From Macrostomum lignano (Eukaryota): a DNA stretch of 39,785 nucleotides. Location: NCBI GenBank assembly GCA_002269645.1, contig NIVC01003548.1, positions 1-39,785 on the forward strand. Reading direction: 5' to 3'. The position numbers and the translations under genes were made by a program. The number at the start of each line of letters is the position of its first letter. Position 1 is the first letter of the stretch. The notes under the pieces were generated by a model that worked only from the letters and a program-made list of their open reading frames with translations, was not told the origin of the DNA and did not search any database. Below, piece by piece: positions 21,463-33,900 of the stretch.

Positions 21463-22195
21463 GTTACTAAGCAACGGTCACCCCCGACGCCAGCCTCAAT
21501 CGAGCGGAATGATGCGCAATACCAGCAGCAATAGCAAATTCCATAAATTCACCACTCTAACGGTAGTTGATGACGATATATTCGCTGACGAAGATGAAGC
21601 CGAATTAAATACAAAACAAGACCCGGAACTTGCTGCTTCAAGCTCGAGCATGTCTATGGCATCGAGGCTAGAATTAGACAAAGCCAATGCTGAGGTGACT
21701 CAGCTCAAGCAGCAATTGAAAGAATTACAAAATCAATTAGAAAAAGAAAAGGCATCATCAGTAAAGCCGGCAACAGTTGAGCATAGCGAAGCTCAAACTG
21801 ATCTCATAGTCGCTTGCGTAGATAAAAATGACGAATTAGTATTAATAGAGAGGCCAACTAATTCGACTAATTCGACCTCCGAAGAAGAGGAAGCGCGTCG
21901 ATTGTTAGAGATATCCCGAGCTATCGCTCATTCTGTGGTGTCCTGCGCTGAGTCCAGCGTAGGCTTAGAAGAACAATTAGCCAAGGCGAATAAACGCTGC
22001 GAACAACTAACTGCCGATAATAGCCGACTGACTAATGAGATGGATCAGGTCAGGCAGGAGCTGAAAGCTGAATTTCAAGCCGAGATGGTCAGAAGAGAGG
22101 CGCAATGGCTGGCCGAGTGCGAAGCGAAACTGGCCGCGCATCAGGCCAGACTGGAGGCTGTCCGGGACGCGTCTTGCGGGACTGAATTTGGAGAG
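21463..22195 (+). CDS. Coiled-coil protein gene, exon 3
   Basis: Acceptor CTCCATCCAG ending 21462; heptad-rich ELDKANAEVTQLKQQLKELQNQLEK; donor GTGAGG at 22196 (phase 0). The 5' boundary is less certain. Confidence 0.8.
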
Positions 22196-22212
22196 GTGAG
22201 GGACAAAGTTAT

Positions 22213-22630
22213 CTCGGTTTGGTTCATTGGTTCTGATTGGCTGATCGGTATTTGGGTGGTTCTGATTGGCTGGTTAGTGTTTTAGGTGATTCTGGCTGGC
22301 TAGTCAGTGTTTTAGATGGTTCTGACTGACTAGTCAGTGTTTTGGATTGTTCTGATTGGCTGGTCAGTGTTTTAGGTGATTGTGACTGGCTAGTCAGTGT
22401 TTTGGGTGATTCTGGCTGGCTAGTCAGTGTTTTGGATGGTTCTGATTGGCTGGTTTGTATTTTGATAGTTCTGATTGGCTGGTCAGTCTTTTGGGTGATT
22501 CTGGCTGGCTAGTCAGTGTTTTGGATGGTTCTGATTAACTGGTCAGAGCTTTAAATAGTTCTGATTGGCTGTTCAGAGCTTTGGATGATTCTGATTGGCT
22601 GGTTAGTGTTTTGGGTGATTCTGATTCGGT
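22213..22630. repeat. About 30-bp intronic minisatellite
   Basis: TTCTGATTGGCTGGTCAGTGTTTTGGATGG-like degenerate units. Confidence 0.9.
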
Positions 22631-23097
22631 TAAGCCAGTCAGTCTGTTAAGTCACATTGAGACGCAGAAGATTATATCTCGTACCTCAAATCGAAGTTTG
22701 CATACCGGTATAGTTGGCGTACAAGTGTAACCTTTTAGCTCGTATAGCTCGTACAAGTGTTTGATTGAGCCCTTAATCACAAATTTTATTCAAGTCTGGA
22801 ATTATATTTAAATTTAAAATATATTAAAAGTCAAGACGTTCTCGGCGAGTGCTGGCAGTCAGGCAGTTCAGTTATCAAACTGTCACAGATCGAATTATGG
22901 TAATTATCGTATTGTTTTGTTAAAGAATTCATTCAAGTTTAAACGTTGAGTCAAATTTTTTCTAGTTCGAATTCTACTTAAAGTAGAAACATTTAATTTT
23001 ATAGTGTTTTTTAATTAAATGAAAAAAATGTCTTCAATACTCTGCTAACAGTAGAAACTGGTGTTTTTATTAACTTTTTTAAACTAATCACCCGCAG

Positions 23098-24121
23098 TCG
23101 GAGGAGCTCGCAAATTTGCAACGCCAACTCGAGGCTAATCGTTCCGAAACCGAATCGTTAAGACTCGAACTCGCGACTTGCAAATCGGATTTAGCCGAAC
23201 GTCGCGTCTACGCCGACACTCTGGCGGCTCAGCTAGCCGAATCTGAGGCCGCCGTTGCCACCGCTATTGGGTTGCAAAAAAATCCAGCCGAATTGCTTGA
23301 TGCTACTAGTAGTAGTTCTCTGTCAGATAATAATAAAACTAGCTTAATAGCGGCTCAGGATGAGATCAAACGGTTGCGCGATGAAGTTGATGAATTGACA
23401 GTCGCTCTGACCAGCTGCAGGCAAGAGCTGGAGCAGAAATCTAAGCAGCAATTTCAGCGTCCGGAACTACTGGCAACCGACAGCATCGAAAAAGAAGACG
23501 AAGAAGCACAAGCGGATTTGGCGCGATCAGCTGATTCAGCTCGAACTGGCAAGCGGTTGAACGAATGCATCGATTCCCATAGCAGTGACTCGCTAACTGA
23601 CGCCTGCGATGAAGGTCGCTTGGACGAGCTGAACGATTTGGTGAATGCTCGGAATGAGGAGATCCATTCGCTGAGAGGCCAGCTCAGCAGCTTGCAAAAT
23701 CGGCTGTCCGCTTGCGTTGATGTCGCAGTGGCGGAAGCTGAGGTTTCTAATACTAAAGCTGCTAAGAGGAACCTGGCCGTTTCCAATGTAGTCCACGCCA
23801 GTTCCTGCAGTATTGCTGATGAACAAACTAATAATAGTTTAATTATTACGGTTGATGTCACTGATTCTGGCGCTACTTCTGGCGCCATTTCTGACGCTAT
23901 TTCGTCTAGCGCCACTTCTGGCGGTGGCGCCATTCTAGACGCCAATTTTCGCGCTGACAATGAGGAATCGGAGCTGAGCAGAGATAAATTTGAACTCGAT
24001 AAGCTTAAGGAGGAAGTGGAATCTCTGCGTGGGAAACTGGAATCTGTCACTGAGGATTATGAGGCTAAGCTTGCTCGATTGCAAGACGATTATGAGGCCG
24101 AGATTCAGCGAATACAAGAAG
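23098..24121 (+). CDS. Coiled-coil protein gene, exon 4
   Basis: Acceptor CCCGCAG ending 23097; SEELANLQRQLEANRSE...RIQE; donor GTAAGT at 24122 (phase 1). Confidence 0.9.
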
Positions 24122-24249
24122 GTAAGTGTAGCTGCTGGACCAAACCCCCAGGCCACAGAGATGTACATGCCTGACAACTAGAAAGTCAGGGGAATCGATG
24201 TACACCCTGTATGAGCGTTTGTATGAGTGCAAATATTTATTGTTTTATT

Positions 24250-25100
24250 CCTATCACTGCACTTGTTGTTGTTAAACGAGGGTGGGTAGCCAGGGGCTCC
24301 CGTGGATCAGCCCAAGGAAGAGCTCTGCCGCCGAATATAGGGGGCACATCTATCAGGGGCATATAGCCCGAGCAGCCCATATTGGGACCTGACGTCGTGG
24401 CCAGGGGGAAACCTTATTGGTGCTACTAACCCAACCCTATGGACTAAGACACCGCCAACCCAAAAGTGGAGTCAGGGACGGTGCTAGGACCGATTCCACC
24501 CAAGCCACCCCCCAGCAGACAAGTCCCGGGAGTGCGCGAAAAAGATAGGAAAATTATTAGGATTATTAGGACTATTGAAAGCGGTCCGAGAGCGGGGAGA
24601 CCCCGAAGTCTACGGAAATGGCTTAAATTAATTGGAGCGAGTCTGGGCATCTTATTTACCAAGGGCGAGACTCCTATCAGGTAAGGCCCAGACACAAAAC
24701 CTCCTATAGGGCTGCAAGCCTCAAGGCTTTTTCACTACCCAGCTCTAAACAATATTTGAGTATGCATTTGGTCCGAGAGAGGAAGTACTGGTATCCTAGT
24801 CTACGGATTGGGGCCAGGCCAAGGGACGATTCGGGACGATTCGGGACGAACTCATTCCCCAGGACTCTAATCCACTGTCAGAGATGAGAGCCAAGACACA
24901 AAAAGCAGGGAGACAATCAGAGGAGCCAGCAGATGGACCAAAGCAAGGCAAGATGGACCAGACAGGGAGAACAGAGCTCATAACTCTAAAGATTGGATGG
25001 CTACAAGGCCGGGTATAAAACACAAAGCTAAAAGCATAAAAGCACTTATTTCTTAGCACGTTTCTAAGAAAACAGAAGTCATTCTTTCTAAGATACAAGC
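24250..25100. mobile_element. Unclassified GC-richer intronic insertion, possibly the 5' remnant of a non-LTR retroelement
   Basis: Composition differs from the flanking intron. A short reading ELITLKIGWLQG weakly recalls an APE endonuclease start. Confidence 0.2.
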
Positions 25101-25337
25101 CATAATATAAAATGGTCATTTTCTTAGTAGAAAACCAAAATTAAAGACTTTTAAAGAATTTAATACTACAAGTATAAAAAGATTGGATTTTTTTACTAGA
25201 CTCCTTCAATATTATTGAGATCTCTTATTTAACAGCTTTTGCTCTGATGTTTCACGGCCACAGACATCAGTATTTCATCGGCATAGCTTATTTTCCAGCT
25301 ATATTATAGAATCCAACTTTCATTCCCATAATCGCAG

Positions 25338-25510
25338 AGAATGACGAGGCCATGGACCGCAGCCTGATGGAGGCTCTGGCCACTCAGTCTGAGATTCGCG
25401 ACTCCAAAGAAGACGAAATTGAAGCTCTGGGGGCGCGGCACAAGTCCGAAGTGGAACAGATTGAACAGAAATATGCCGAAGAATTTGACGAATTAGAGTC
25501 TCATCATAAT
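25338..25510 (+). CDS. Coiled-coil protein gene, exon 5
   Basis: Acceptor ATCGCAG ending 25337; NDEAMDRSLMEALA...LESHHN; donor GTAAGT at 25511 (phase 0). Confidence 0.88.
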
Positions 25511-25664
25511 GTAAGTCTTGTTTGCGGCTGCTGGTTTTATGGGGAATAGGGATCTAGATTAATTAGTCTTTGTTTTTGCAAACATCATTTTATTATCTCT
25601 TTATTCCCATCATTGTTGGTCTTTGTTTCTTTTCAGTCTGCTTCGGACAGACAATCTGTTAGTC

Positions 25665-25972
25665 TTTGTCTTTGTTTCGGACAGCCATTCTCTTAGTCTT
25701 TGTTTTGGGACAGCCATTCTCTTAGACTTTGTTTCAGACAGCCATTCTCTTAGTCTTTGTTTCGGACAGCCATTCTTTTCGAGTTTGTTTCGGACAGCCA
25801 TTCTCTTAGACTTTGTTTCGGACAGCCATTCTCTTAGACTTTGTTTCGGACAGCCGTTCTCTTAGACTTTGTTTCGGACAGCCATTCTCTTAGACTTTGT
25901 TTCGGACAGCCGTTCTCTTAGACTTTGTTTCGGACAGCCATTCTCTTAGTCTTTGTTTCGGACAGCCATTCT
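25665..25972. repeat. 28-bp intronic minisatellite
   Basis: CTTTGTTTCGGACAGCCATTCTCTTAG(A/T). Confidence 0.92.
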
Positions 25973-26610
25973 CTATATTGTTGGTCTCGGTTTTGGACAG
26001 CCACCCCCTGTTGGTATTTTCAGATGTTGACCCTAAATACCGATCTTTGTTCTAGACACTTGCTGCTTTTATTCAGTCTTTGTTTCAGACGACTGCTGCA
26101 ATAAATATAAAGTTAGTCAGTTTGAATTAAAAATTCTGAAGAGAGTTATAAAATTAATTTATTTAAGGCATTTAACAGTTACTCGCGATCGATTTTTATC
26201 AACAGGCAAAACCAGCTGACATCAGGCGAAAGAAAAGATTGGTAGCTACTGTTTTTTTTAAATCTTGTATACTTCTGCCCCCAGTTTTCTGCAGCTCTGT
26301 TTCACTTCACTTTGTTATAATCATTGACTTTCTGAAATTTATACTGTTGTTTTAACGCAAGAGATTCTGGTTGGAATTCAATGAAATTTTATGCGATATA
26401 TCTAAAATCATGCTTGTTTCAATTCTTTTTATCCGTAAACAGATTTTTTAATGTTTTCGGATTATGTTTGCTTTTAATTTTAAAATCAATGATTTTTTGC
26501 TATGGTTTATTTAAAGAAACAATTGTAAATTGTTCAACTTTCAAGTGGCACGTTTTAAGTCCAAATGACATTGATCTAATAAAAAATGGCCCTGCTCAGA
26601 TTCATATTGA

Positions 26611-27026
26611 CACTTGTCAGTTCCAAAATGGCACTTGTCAGTTCCAAAATGGCAATTGCCAGTTCCAAAATGGCACTTGTCAGTTCCAGAATGGCACTTG
26701 TCAGTTCCAAAATGGCACTTTCCAGTTCCAAAATGGCACTTGTCAGTTCCTCAAAATGGCACTTGCCAGTTCCTAAAAATGGCACTTGTCAGTTCCAAAA
26801 TGGCACTTGACAGTTCCTAAAAATGGCACTTGTCAGTTCCAAAATGGCACTTGTCAGTTCCTAAAAATGGCACTTGCCAATTCCAAAATGGCACTTGTCA
26901 GTTCCAAAATGGCACTTGCCAGTTCCAAAATGGCACTTGTCAGTTCCTAAAAATGGCACTTGCCAGTTCCTAAAAATGGCACTTGTCAGTTCCAAAATGG
27001 CGCTTGTCAGTTCCAAAATGGCACCT
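26611..27026. repeat. 21/23-bp intronic minisatellite
   Basis: CACTTGTCAGTTCCAAAATGG with TCCTAAAAAT variants. Confidence 0.95.
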
Positions 27027-27254
27027 TGGATTAAAAGATGGAATTTTTGTTGAAAAATCTCTGCCGAATATTCTAATTAAGTTAAAAATTGAAAATACTA
27101 TTTTTCACAGTTTTGATTCACAATTTTTGCTTTGTCATCAAGCAACTGTCGGTTTTCTGCTTACTGAATATGTTCCAATATGATTCAGCAGTGTCATTAA
27201 ATTTTACAAGTACAAAACATGAAGCACTTTTCGCTAACATCCGCTTTTTTCCAG

Positions 27255-27332
27255 ACCGAACTGCGAGAGATGCAGAAGAGACTGGCCGCCAAATTCAACA
27301 AAGAGAAAGCGGAACTCGTTGCCGGCTTCGAG
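27255..27332 (+). CDS. Coiled-coil protein gene, exon 6
   Basis: Acceptor TTTTTTCCAG ending 27254; TELREMQKRLAAKFNKEKAELVAGFE; donor GTCTGA (phase 0). Confidence 0.82.
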
Positions 27333-27374
27333 GTCTGAGCACCCGGTTTGACCTGTCAAGTGTCAATATTGTTT

Positions 27375-27643
27375 TTGTGTGTTTGTTTAACTGTGTGTGT
27401 TTCTCTGACCTGTGTGTGTTTCTCTGACTGTGTGTTTCTCTGACTGTGTGTGTTTCTCTGACTGTGTGTGTTTCTCTGACCTGTGTGTGTTTCTCTGACT
27501 GTGTTTCTCTGACCTGTGTGTGTTTCTCTGACCTGTGTGTGTCCCTCTCTGACTGTGTGTGTTTCTCTGACCTGTGTGTGTTTCTCTAACTGTGTGTGTT
27601 TCTCACTGTGTTTGTGTTTCTCTAACTGTGTGTGTTTCTCTGT
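27375..27643. repeat. 18-19-bp (TG)n-TTTCTCTGAC intronic minisatellite
   Basis: TGTGTGTGTTTCTCTGAC(C) units. Confidence 0.92.
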
Positions 27644-27781
27644 CAAACCTTTGCTGTCTCCATATTATTGTAACTGATGTGTTATAAATCGCATTTTCCA
27701 CTTCATTAGCTGTCTATAAGTGGCAGTTCAATTCGGCAATCCCTACCCGCCCCTATCTTATCCCTCCCACTCGTCATGCAG

Positions 27782-27925
27782 GCCCAACTAGAGAGTGTCC
27801 GCCAGTCCAAGGCTGAACTGGAAGCTCAACTGCAGAGCCAGCCGTCAGCGCCCACCCTGCTGGACTCGTGCTCACAGTTCGACGCCGGCGACTCGGAGCC
27901 CGTGATTTCTCAAGAGACCATGTGA
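27782..27925 (+). CDS. Coiled-coil protein gene, exon 7 (terminal, or spliced at 27922)
   Basis: Acceptor CATGCAG ending 27781; AQLESVRQSKAELEAQLQ...SQETM-TGA. The seven exons sum to 2643 nt = 881 codons. A GTGAGC donor at 27922 is an alternative. Confidence 0.78.
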   Translation, partial: AQLESVRQSKAELEAQLQSQPSAPTLLDSCSQFDAGDSEPVISQETM

Positions 27926-28064
27926 GCCGCTTTATGATTTCTGTGTGCATTCGAGTTTAATGATATTTCTTTGATAACTGGGGTGTCAGTTATTTTAAAG
28001 CGTTTTAATTTGTGCACTTTGCCTCCGCAATGACATAGCTTAAGGGCTGTCGTAAAGATAAGTC

Positions 28065-28699
28065 CTGGCGCCCCCTCTGTAGCTGGCGCCTCCTCTGTAG
28101 CTGGCGCCTCCTCTGTAGCTGGCGCCTCCTCTCTAGCTGGCGCCTCCTCTGTAGCTGGCGCCTCCTCTCTAGCTGGCGCCCCCCTCTGTAGCTAGCGCCC
28201 CCTCTGTAGTTGGCGCCCTCCTCTGTAGCTAGCGCCCCCTCTGTAGCTGGTGCCCCCTCTGTAGCTGGCGCCTCCTATGTAGCTGGCGCCTCCTATGTAG
28301 CTGGCGCCCCCCTCTGTAGCTGGCGCCTCCTCTGTAGCTGGCGCCCCCTCTGTAGCTGGTGCCCCCTCTGTAGTTGGCGCCTCCTCTGTAGCTGGCGCCT
28401 CCTCTGTAGCTGGCGCCTCCTCTGTAGCTGGCGCTTCCTCTGTAGCTGGCGCCCCCCTCTGTAGCTGGCGCCCCCTCTGTAGCTGGCGCTTCCTCTGTAG
28501 CTGGCGCCCCCCTCTGTAGCTGGCGCCCCCTCTGTAGTTGGCGCCCCCTCTGTGGCTGGCGCCTCCTCTGTAGCTGGCGCTTCCTCTGTAGCTGGCGCCA
28601 ACCTCTGTAGCTGGCCGCTGGCGCCCCCTCTGTAGTTGGCGCCTCCTCTGTAGCTGGCGCCTCCTCTGTAGCTGGCGCCCCTCTGTAGCTGGCGCCCCT
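28065..28699. repeat. 18-bp minisatellite, about 35 copies
   Basis: GGCGCCTCCTCTGTAGCT and variants. Confidence 0.95.
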
Positions 28700-29077
28700 A
28701 TATTATCAGTGATGACCCAAAATATAGAAATGACGCACATCGTAGGGGATACCCGACAGGCCACATCACAGATATGACACTCCAAAAAAATATATCCGAC
28801 CAGAATATTTCGAAATATGACACATAAAAGTTTCGCAAAAAACTGTAAATTTTGCATTACATGCTACTAATAGTAGAAATGCGAAAATAATTCGGTCGCA
28901 GCTCCAAAGGGTTTCAAATAAATCGCATTAGACACAAGTCCAGCTATTTTAGTTATATATATATATTATTTACTTGCAAATTTTATAATTATATTTTACG
29001 TGCATACGAATTTTAGTTATAAAGTATATTGGATTACGAGCTAATAAGTTTCAAATATTATATTATATTTACATGTT

Positions 29078-29272
29078 TCACATGTTAGAAAATAGTTTTA
29101 ATAGCATGTTAGAATAGTGCATTGGTAGGCAGTCACCAAATGGGCAAATGTACTCCTGCCCGGCATGCGACTTGGGCTGCTCAGCTGGGCCGGGCGGCTG
29201 CTGAGCTGCGGCGGGCGGCTGCTGAGCTGCAGCGGGCGGCTGCTCAGCTGAGCCGGGCTGTGACGCATCGGT
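29078..29272 (-). CDS. Candidate exon 2 of a small minus-strand gene (Pro/Ala/Gln-rich, then a zinc-finger-like start)
   Basis: Acceptor TCTCTACTCAG, phase 0; TDASQPGSAEQPPAAAQQPPAAAQQPPGPAEQPKSHAGQEYICPFGDC... The 3' end is uncertain. Confidence 0.5.
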   Translation of the reverse strand, partial: TDASQPGSAEQPPAAAQQPPAAAQQPPGPAEQPKSHAGQEYICPFGDCLPMHYSNMLLKLFSNM

Positions 29273-29296
29273 CTGAGTAGAGAAATTGCAGTTATT

Positions 29297-29768
29297 GGTA
29301 GAGACAGGGCAGTATGGTAGAGACAGGGCAGAATGGTAGAGACAGGGCAGAATGGTAGAGACAGGGCAGAATGGTAGAGACAGGGCAGAATGGTAGAGAC
29401 AGGGCAGAATGGTAGAGACAGGGCAGAATGGTAGAGACAGGGCAGAATGGTAGAGACAGGGCAGTATGATAGAGACAGGGCAGAATGGTAGAGACAGGGC
29501 AGAATGGTAGAGACAGGGCAGAATGGTAGAGACAGGGCAGAATGGTAGAGACAGGGCAGAATGGTAGAGACAGGGCAGAATGGTAGAGACAGGGCAGAAT
29601 GGTAGAGACAGGGCAGTATGATAGAGACAGGGCAGAATGGTAGAGACAGGGCAGAATGGTAGAGACAGGGCAGAATGGTAGAGACAGGGCAGAATGGTAG
29701 AGACAGGGCAGAATGGTAGAGACAGGGCAGAATGGTAGAGACAGGGCAGAATGGTAGAGACAGGGCAG
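29297..29768. repeat. 19-bp minisatellite, about 25 copies, in the intron of the minus-strand candidate gene
   Basis: GGTAGAGACAGGGCAGAAT. Confidence 0.97.
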
Positions 29769-29804
29769 TTATTGGTAAAAATATTGCTCATCACCTTCAC
29801 TTAC

Positions 29805-29927
29805 CATTAACTGGAATCGATCAGACGCGGCGAGCTCTTTCTCAAACGACTTTTGCCGCTTAGCGACGTCATAGCATTTGCCTTTGCGGCTTATCAGCTG
29901 TTTTATGAACTCCAATTGTTTGGACAT
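29805..29927 (-). CDS. Candidate exon 1 of the small minus-strand gene
   Basis: MSKQLEFIKQLISRKGKCYDVAKRQKSFEKELAASDRFQLM, then consensus donor GTAAGT (phase 0). Confidence 0.55.
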
Positions 29928-30998
29928 TTGGGTTAATTTATTGAAAAAATGAAATTAATTGACAATTAGAAATCTGGCTTTTTGAAGGGCCAACTGAAGT
30001 CCCATTCTATATGAAGCGGCAGTTTGACATCAACAAGTTCACTCTAATTTTCATTGGTTCGGAATGGGGTGGTCAAAATATTTCACGTTCATAGTACGTG
30101 TCAAATCCACTATGCTTTTAGACTCAGAGGGGTGGACTGCCTCATTTCAGTAGTGACTCATTTTGACACCAAATTACTTTGATTCAAAATGAAACATGCG
30201 CATTAGCCAGCATGAAACATAGAATAGGTACAATATGCCTCACTCACATTCACTGCCTCATTCACAGCCACACTCACTGATCGACCCTAATACAGTTTGG
30301 GTTTCGAACACTCAGTTATTTCTGCATTTTCAATTCATTGAGTAGCTCTGTGAGATCCGCTGCTGTCAATATACAGTGGGCAGTGGATAACAAAGAAATG
30401 ACACACAATGAATTGAATAGGAATTGAATGAATGATGCAAAATAGAAATTCGAGAAATAGATTAAATATGCAAGAAAAAGATGTATATGCTCAAAAATTG
30501 GGATGAAGTCAGTCATCAACAAATCAAAGAGTAGATAAAAATTCATAGGTTGCAATCTTAACTCCACTTTGGTGTCTAATTAAAGTTTACAATTTTACAT
30601 ATTTGGAACTGCTTGACACTATTCTTTACGATAATGGCGCAATCATAAGTTTGGTGCAACAAATTTGCTTAGATAGGTATCTTCCACCATGAACCACGTA
30701 TCATGGTCACTGAGCATTGCGCAATCTTGAGCATACTCAGAGCACGTATTTGCTTTTAAGCAATCGTGAGAACTGCGATTCTTATCTTTACTCGAACTCC
30801 AGCTACGGTGGAAAGATCGGGAAAAGCGCGAAAAACGCCACCGAAAAAACCACTGTGCATAATACAAAACAATATTTAGACAAAAAGTGAAACGCTCACA
30901 GCAGGAGACCAAACCAAAAATAAAAGCAAAGCAAAATTGTATTTGATAAAAAGCCATTACTAAAAAAGCACTATTAACTATTAGCACTATTCATTACT

Positions 30999-33900
30999 AG
31001 AAATGACACTCAATGGGGCTGATATACGCAGGTGCAAAGATGACGCAGAGCCCGCTACTCTCAGAATCTCTAACTAGCGCTGTCAATATATAGAATCAAA
31101 TGGAGAGCTTAGAAATGACACTCAATGGGGCTGATATACACAGGTGCAAAGATGACGCAGAGCCCGCTACTCTCAGAATCTCTAACTAGCGCTGTCAATA
31201 TATAGAATCAAATGGAGAGCTTAGAAATGACACTCAATGGGGCTGATATACGCAGGTGCAAAGATGACGCAGAGCCCGCTACTCTCAGAATCTCTAACTA
31301 GCGCTGTCAATATATAGAATCAAATGGAGAGCTTAGAAATGACACTCAATGGGGCTGATATACACAGGTGCAAAGATGACGCAGAGCCCGCTACTCTCAG
31401 AATCTCTAACTAGCGCTGTCAATATATAGAATCAAATGGAGAGCTTAGAAATGACACTCAATGGGGCTGATATACGCAGGTGCAAAGATGACGCAGAGCC
31501 CGCTACTCTCAGAATCTCTAACTAGCGCTGTCAATATATAGAATCAAATGGAGAGCTTAGAAATGACACTCAATGGGGCTGATATACGCAGGTGCAAAGA
31601 TGACGCAGAGCCCGCTACTCTCAGAATCTCTAACTAGCGCTGTCAATATATAGAATCAAATGGAGAGCTTAGAAATGACACTCAATGGGGCTGATATACA
31701 CAGGTGCAAAGATGACGCAGAGCCCGCTACTCTCAGAATCTCTAACTAGCGCTGTCAATATATAGAATCAAATGGAGAGCTTAGAAATGACACTCAATGG
31801 GGCTGATATACGCAGGTGCAAAGATGACGCAGAGCCCGCTACTCTCAGAATCTCTAACTAGCGCTGTCAATATATAGAATCAAATGGAGAGCTTAGAAAT
31901 GACACTCAATGGGGCTGATATACGCAGGTGCAAAGATGACGCAGAGCCCGCTACTCTCAGAATCTCTAACTAGCGCTGCGCTGTCAATATATAGAATCAA
32001 ATGGAGAGCTTAGAAATGACACTCAATGGGGCTGATATACGCAGGTGCAAAGATGACGCAGAGCCCGCTACTCTCAGAATCTCTAACTAGCGCTGCGCTG
32101 TCAATATATAGAATCAAATGGAGAGCTTAGAAATGACACTCAATGGGGCTGATATACGCAGGTGCAAAGATGACGCAGAGCCCGCTACTCTCAGAATCTC
32201 TAACTAGCGCTGCGCTGTCAATATATAGAATCAAATGGAGAGCTTAGAAATGACACTCAATGGGGCTGATATACGCAGGTGCAAAGATGACGCAGAGCCC
32301 GCTACTCTCAGAATCTCTAACTAGCGCTGTCAATATATAGAATCAAATGGAGAGCTTAGAAATGACACTCAATGGGGCTGATATACGCAGGTGCAAAGAT
32401 GACGCAGAGCCCGCTACTCTCAGAATCTCTAACTAGCGCTGTCAATATATAGAATCAAATGGAGAGCTTAGAAATGACACTCAATGGGGCTGATATACGC
32501 AGGTGCAAAGATGACGCAGAGCCCGCTACTCTCAGAATCTCTAACTAGCGCTGCGCTGTCAATATATAGAATCAAATGGAGAGCTTAGAAATGACACTCA
32601 ATGGGGCTGATATACGCAGGTGCAAAGATGACGCAGAGCCCGCTACTCTCAGAATCTCTAACTAGCGCTGCGCTGTCAATATATAGAATCAAATGGAGAG
32701 CTTAGAAATGACACTCAATGGGGCTGATATACACAGGTGCAAAGATGACGCAGAGCCCGCTACTCTCAGAATCTCTAACTAGCGCTGTCAATATATAGAA
32801 TCAAATGGAGAGCTTAGAAATGACACTCAATGGGGCTGATATACGCAGGTGCAAAGATGACGCAGAGCCCGCTACTCTCAGAATCTCTAACTAGCGCTGC
32901 GCTGTCAATATATAGAATCAAATGGAGAGCTTAGAAATGACACTCAATGGGGCTGATATACACAGGTGCAAAGATGACGCAGAGCCCGCTACTCTCAGAA
33001 TCTCTAACTAGCGCTGTCAATATATAGAATCAAATGGAGAGCTTAGAAATGACACTCAATGGGGCTGATATACACAGGTGCAAAGATGACGCAGAGCCCG
33101 CTACTCTCAGAATCTCTAACTAGCGCTGCGCTGTCAATATATAGAATCAAATGGAGAGCTTAGAAATGACACTCAATGGGGCTGATATACGCAGGTGCAA
33201 AGATGACGCAGAGCCCGCTACTCTCAGAATCTCTAACTAGCGCTGCGCTGTCAATATATAGAATCAAATGGAGAGCTTAGAAATGACACTCAATGGGGCT
33301 GATATACGCAGGTGCAAAGATGACGCAGAGCCCGCTACTCTCAGAATCTCTAACTAGCGCTGCGCTGTCAATATATAGAATCAAATGGAGAGCTTAGAAA
33401 TGACACTCAATGGGGCTGATATACACAGGTGCAAAGATGACGCAGAGCCCGCTACTCTCAGAATCTCTAACTAGCGCTGCGCTGTCAATATATAGAATCA
33501 AATGGAGAGCTTAGAAATGACACTCAATGGGGCTGATATACGCAGGTGCAAAGATGACGCAGAGCCCGCTACTCTCAGAATCTCTAACTAGCGCTGCGCT
33601 GTCAATATATAGAATCAAATGGAGAGCTTAGAAATGACACTCAATGGGGCTGATATACGCAGGTGCAAAGATGACGCAGAGCCCGCTACTCTCAGAATCT
33701 CTAACTAGCGCTGCGCTGTCAATATATAGAATCAAATGGAGAGCTTAGAAATGACACTCAATGGGGCTGATATACACAGGTGCAAAGATGACGCAGAGCC
33801 CGCTACTCTCAGAATCTCTAACTAGCGCTGCGCTGTCAATATATAGAATCAAATGGAGAGCTTAGAAATGACACTCAATGGGGCTGATATACACAGGTGC

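Noticed and set aside
25240-25290. Hammerhead ribozyme on the minus strand (CTGATG...GAAAC)
   Set aside because: The core reads CTGATGT, stem II does not pair, and it is better explained as a simple hairpin.
26381-27646. ORFs with CQFQNGT, KWHLSVP and EKHTQ repeats
   Set aside because: They are intronic minisatellite translations.
28192-28857. ORFs over the 18-bp array
   Set aside because: They are repeat translations. A phase-2 exon at 28710-28827 is open but has a weak acceptor and no other support.
30316-30987. Two minus-strand ORFs next to the satellite
   Set aside because: AT-rich, no recognisable domain and no consistent splice model.
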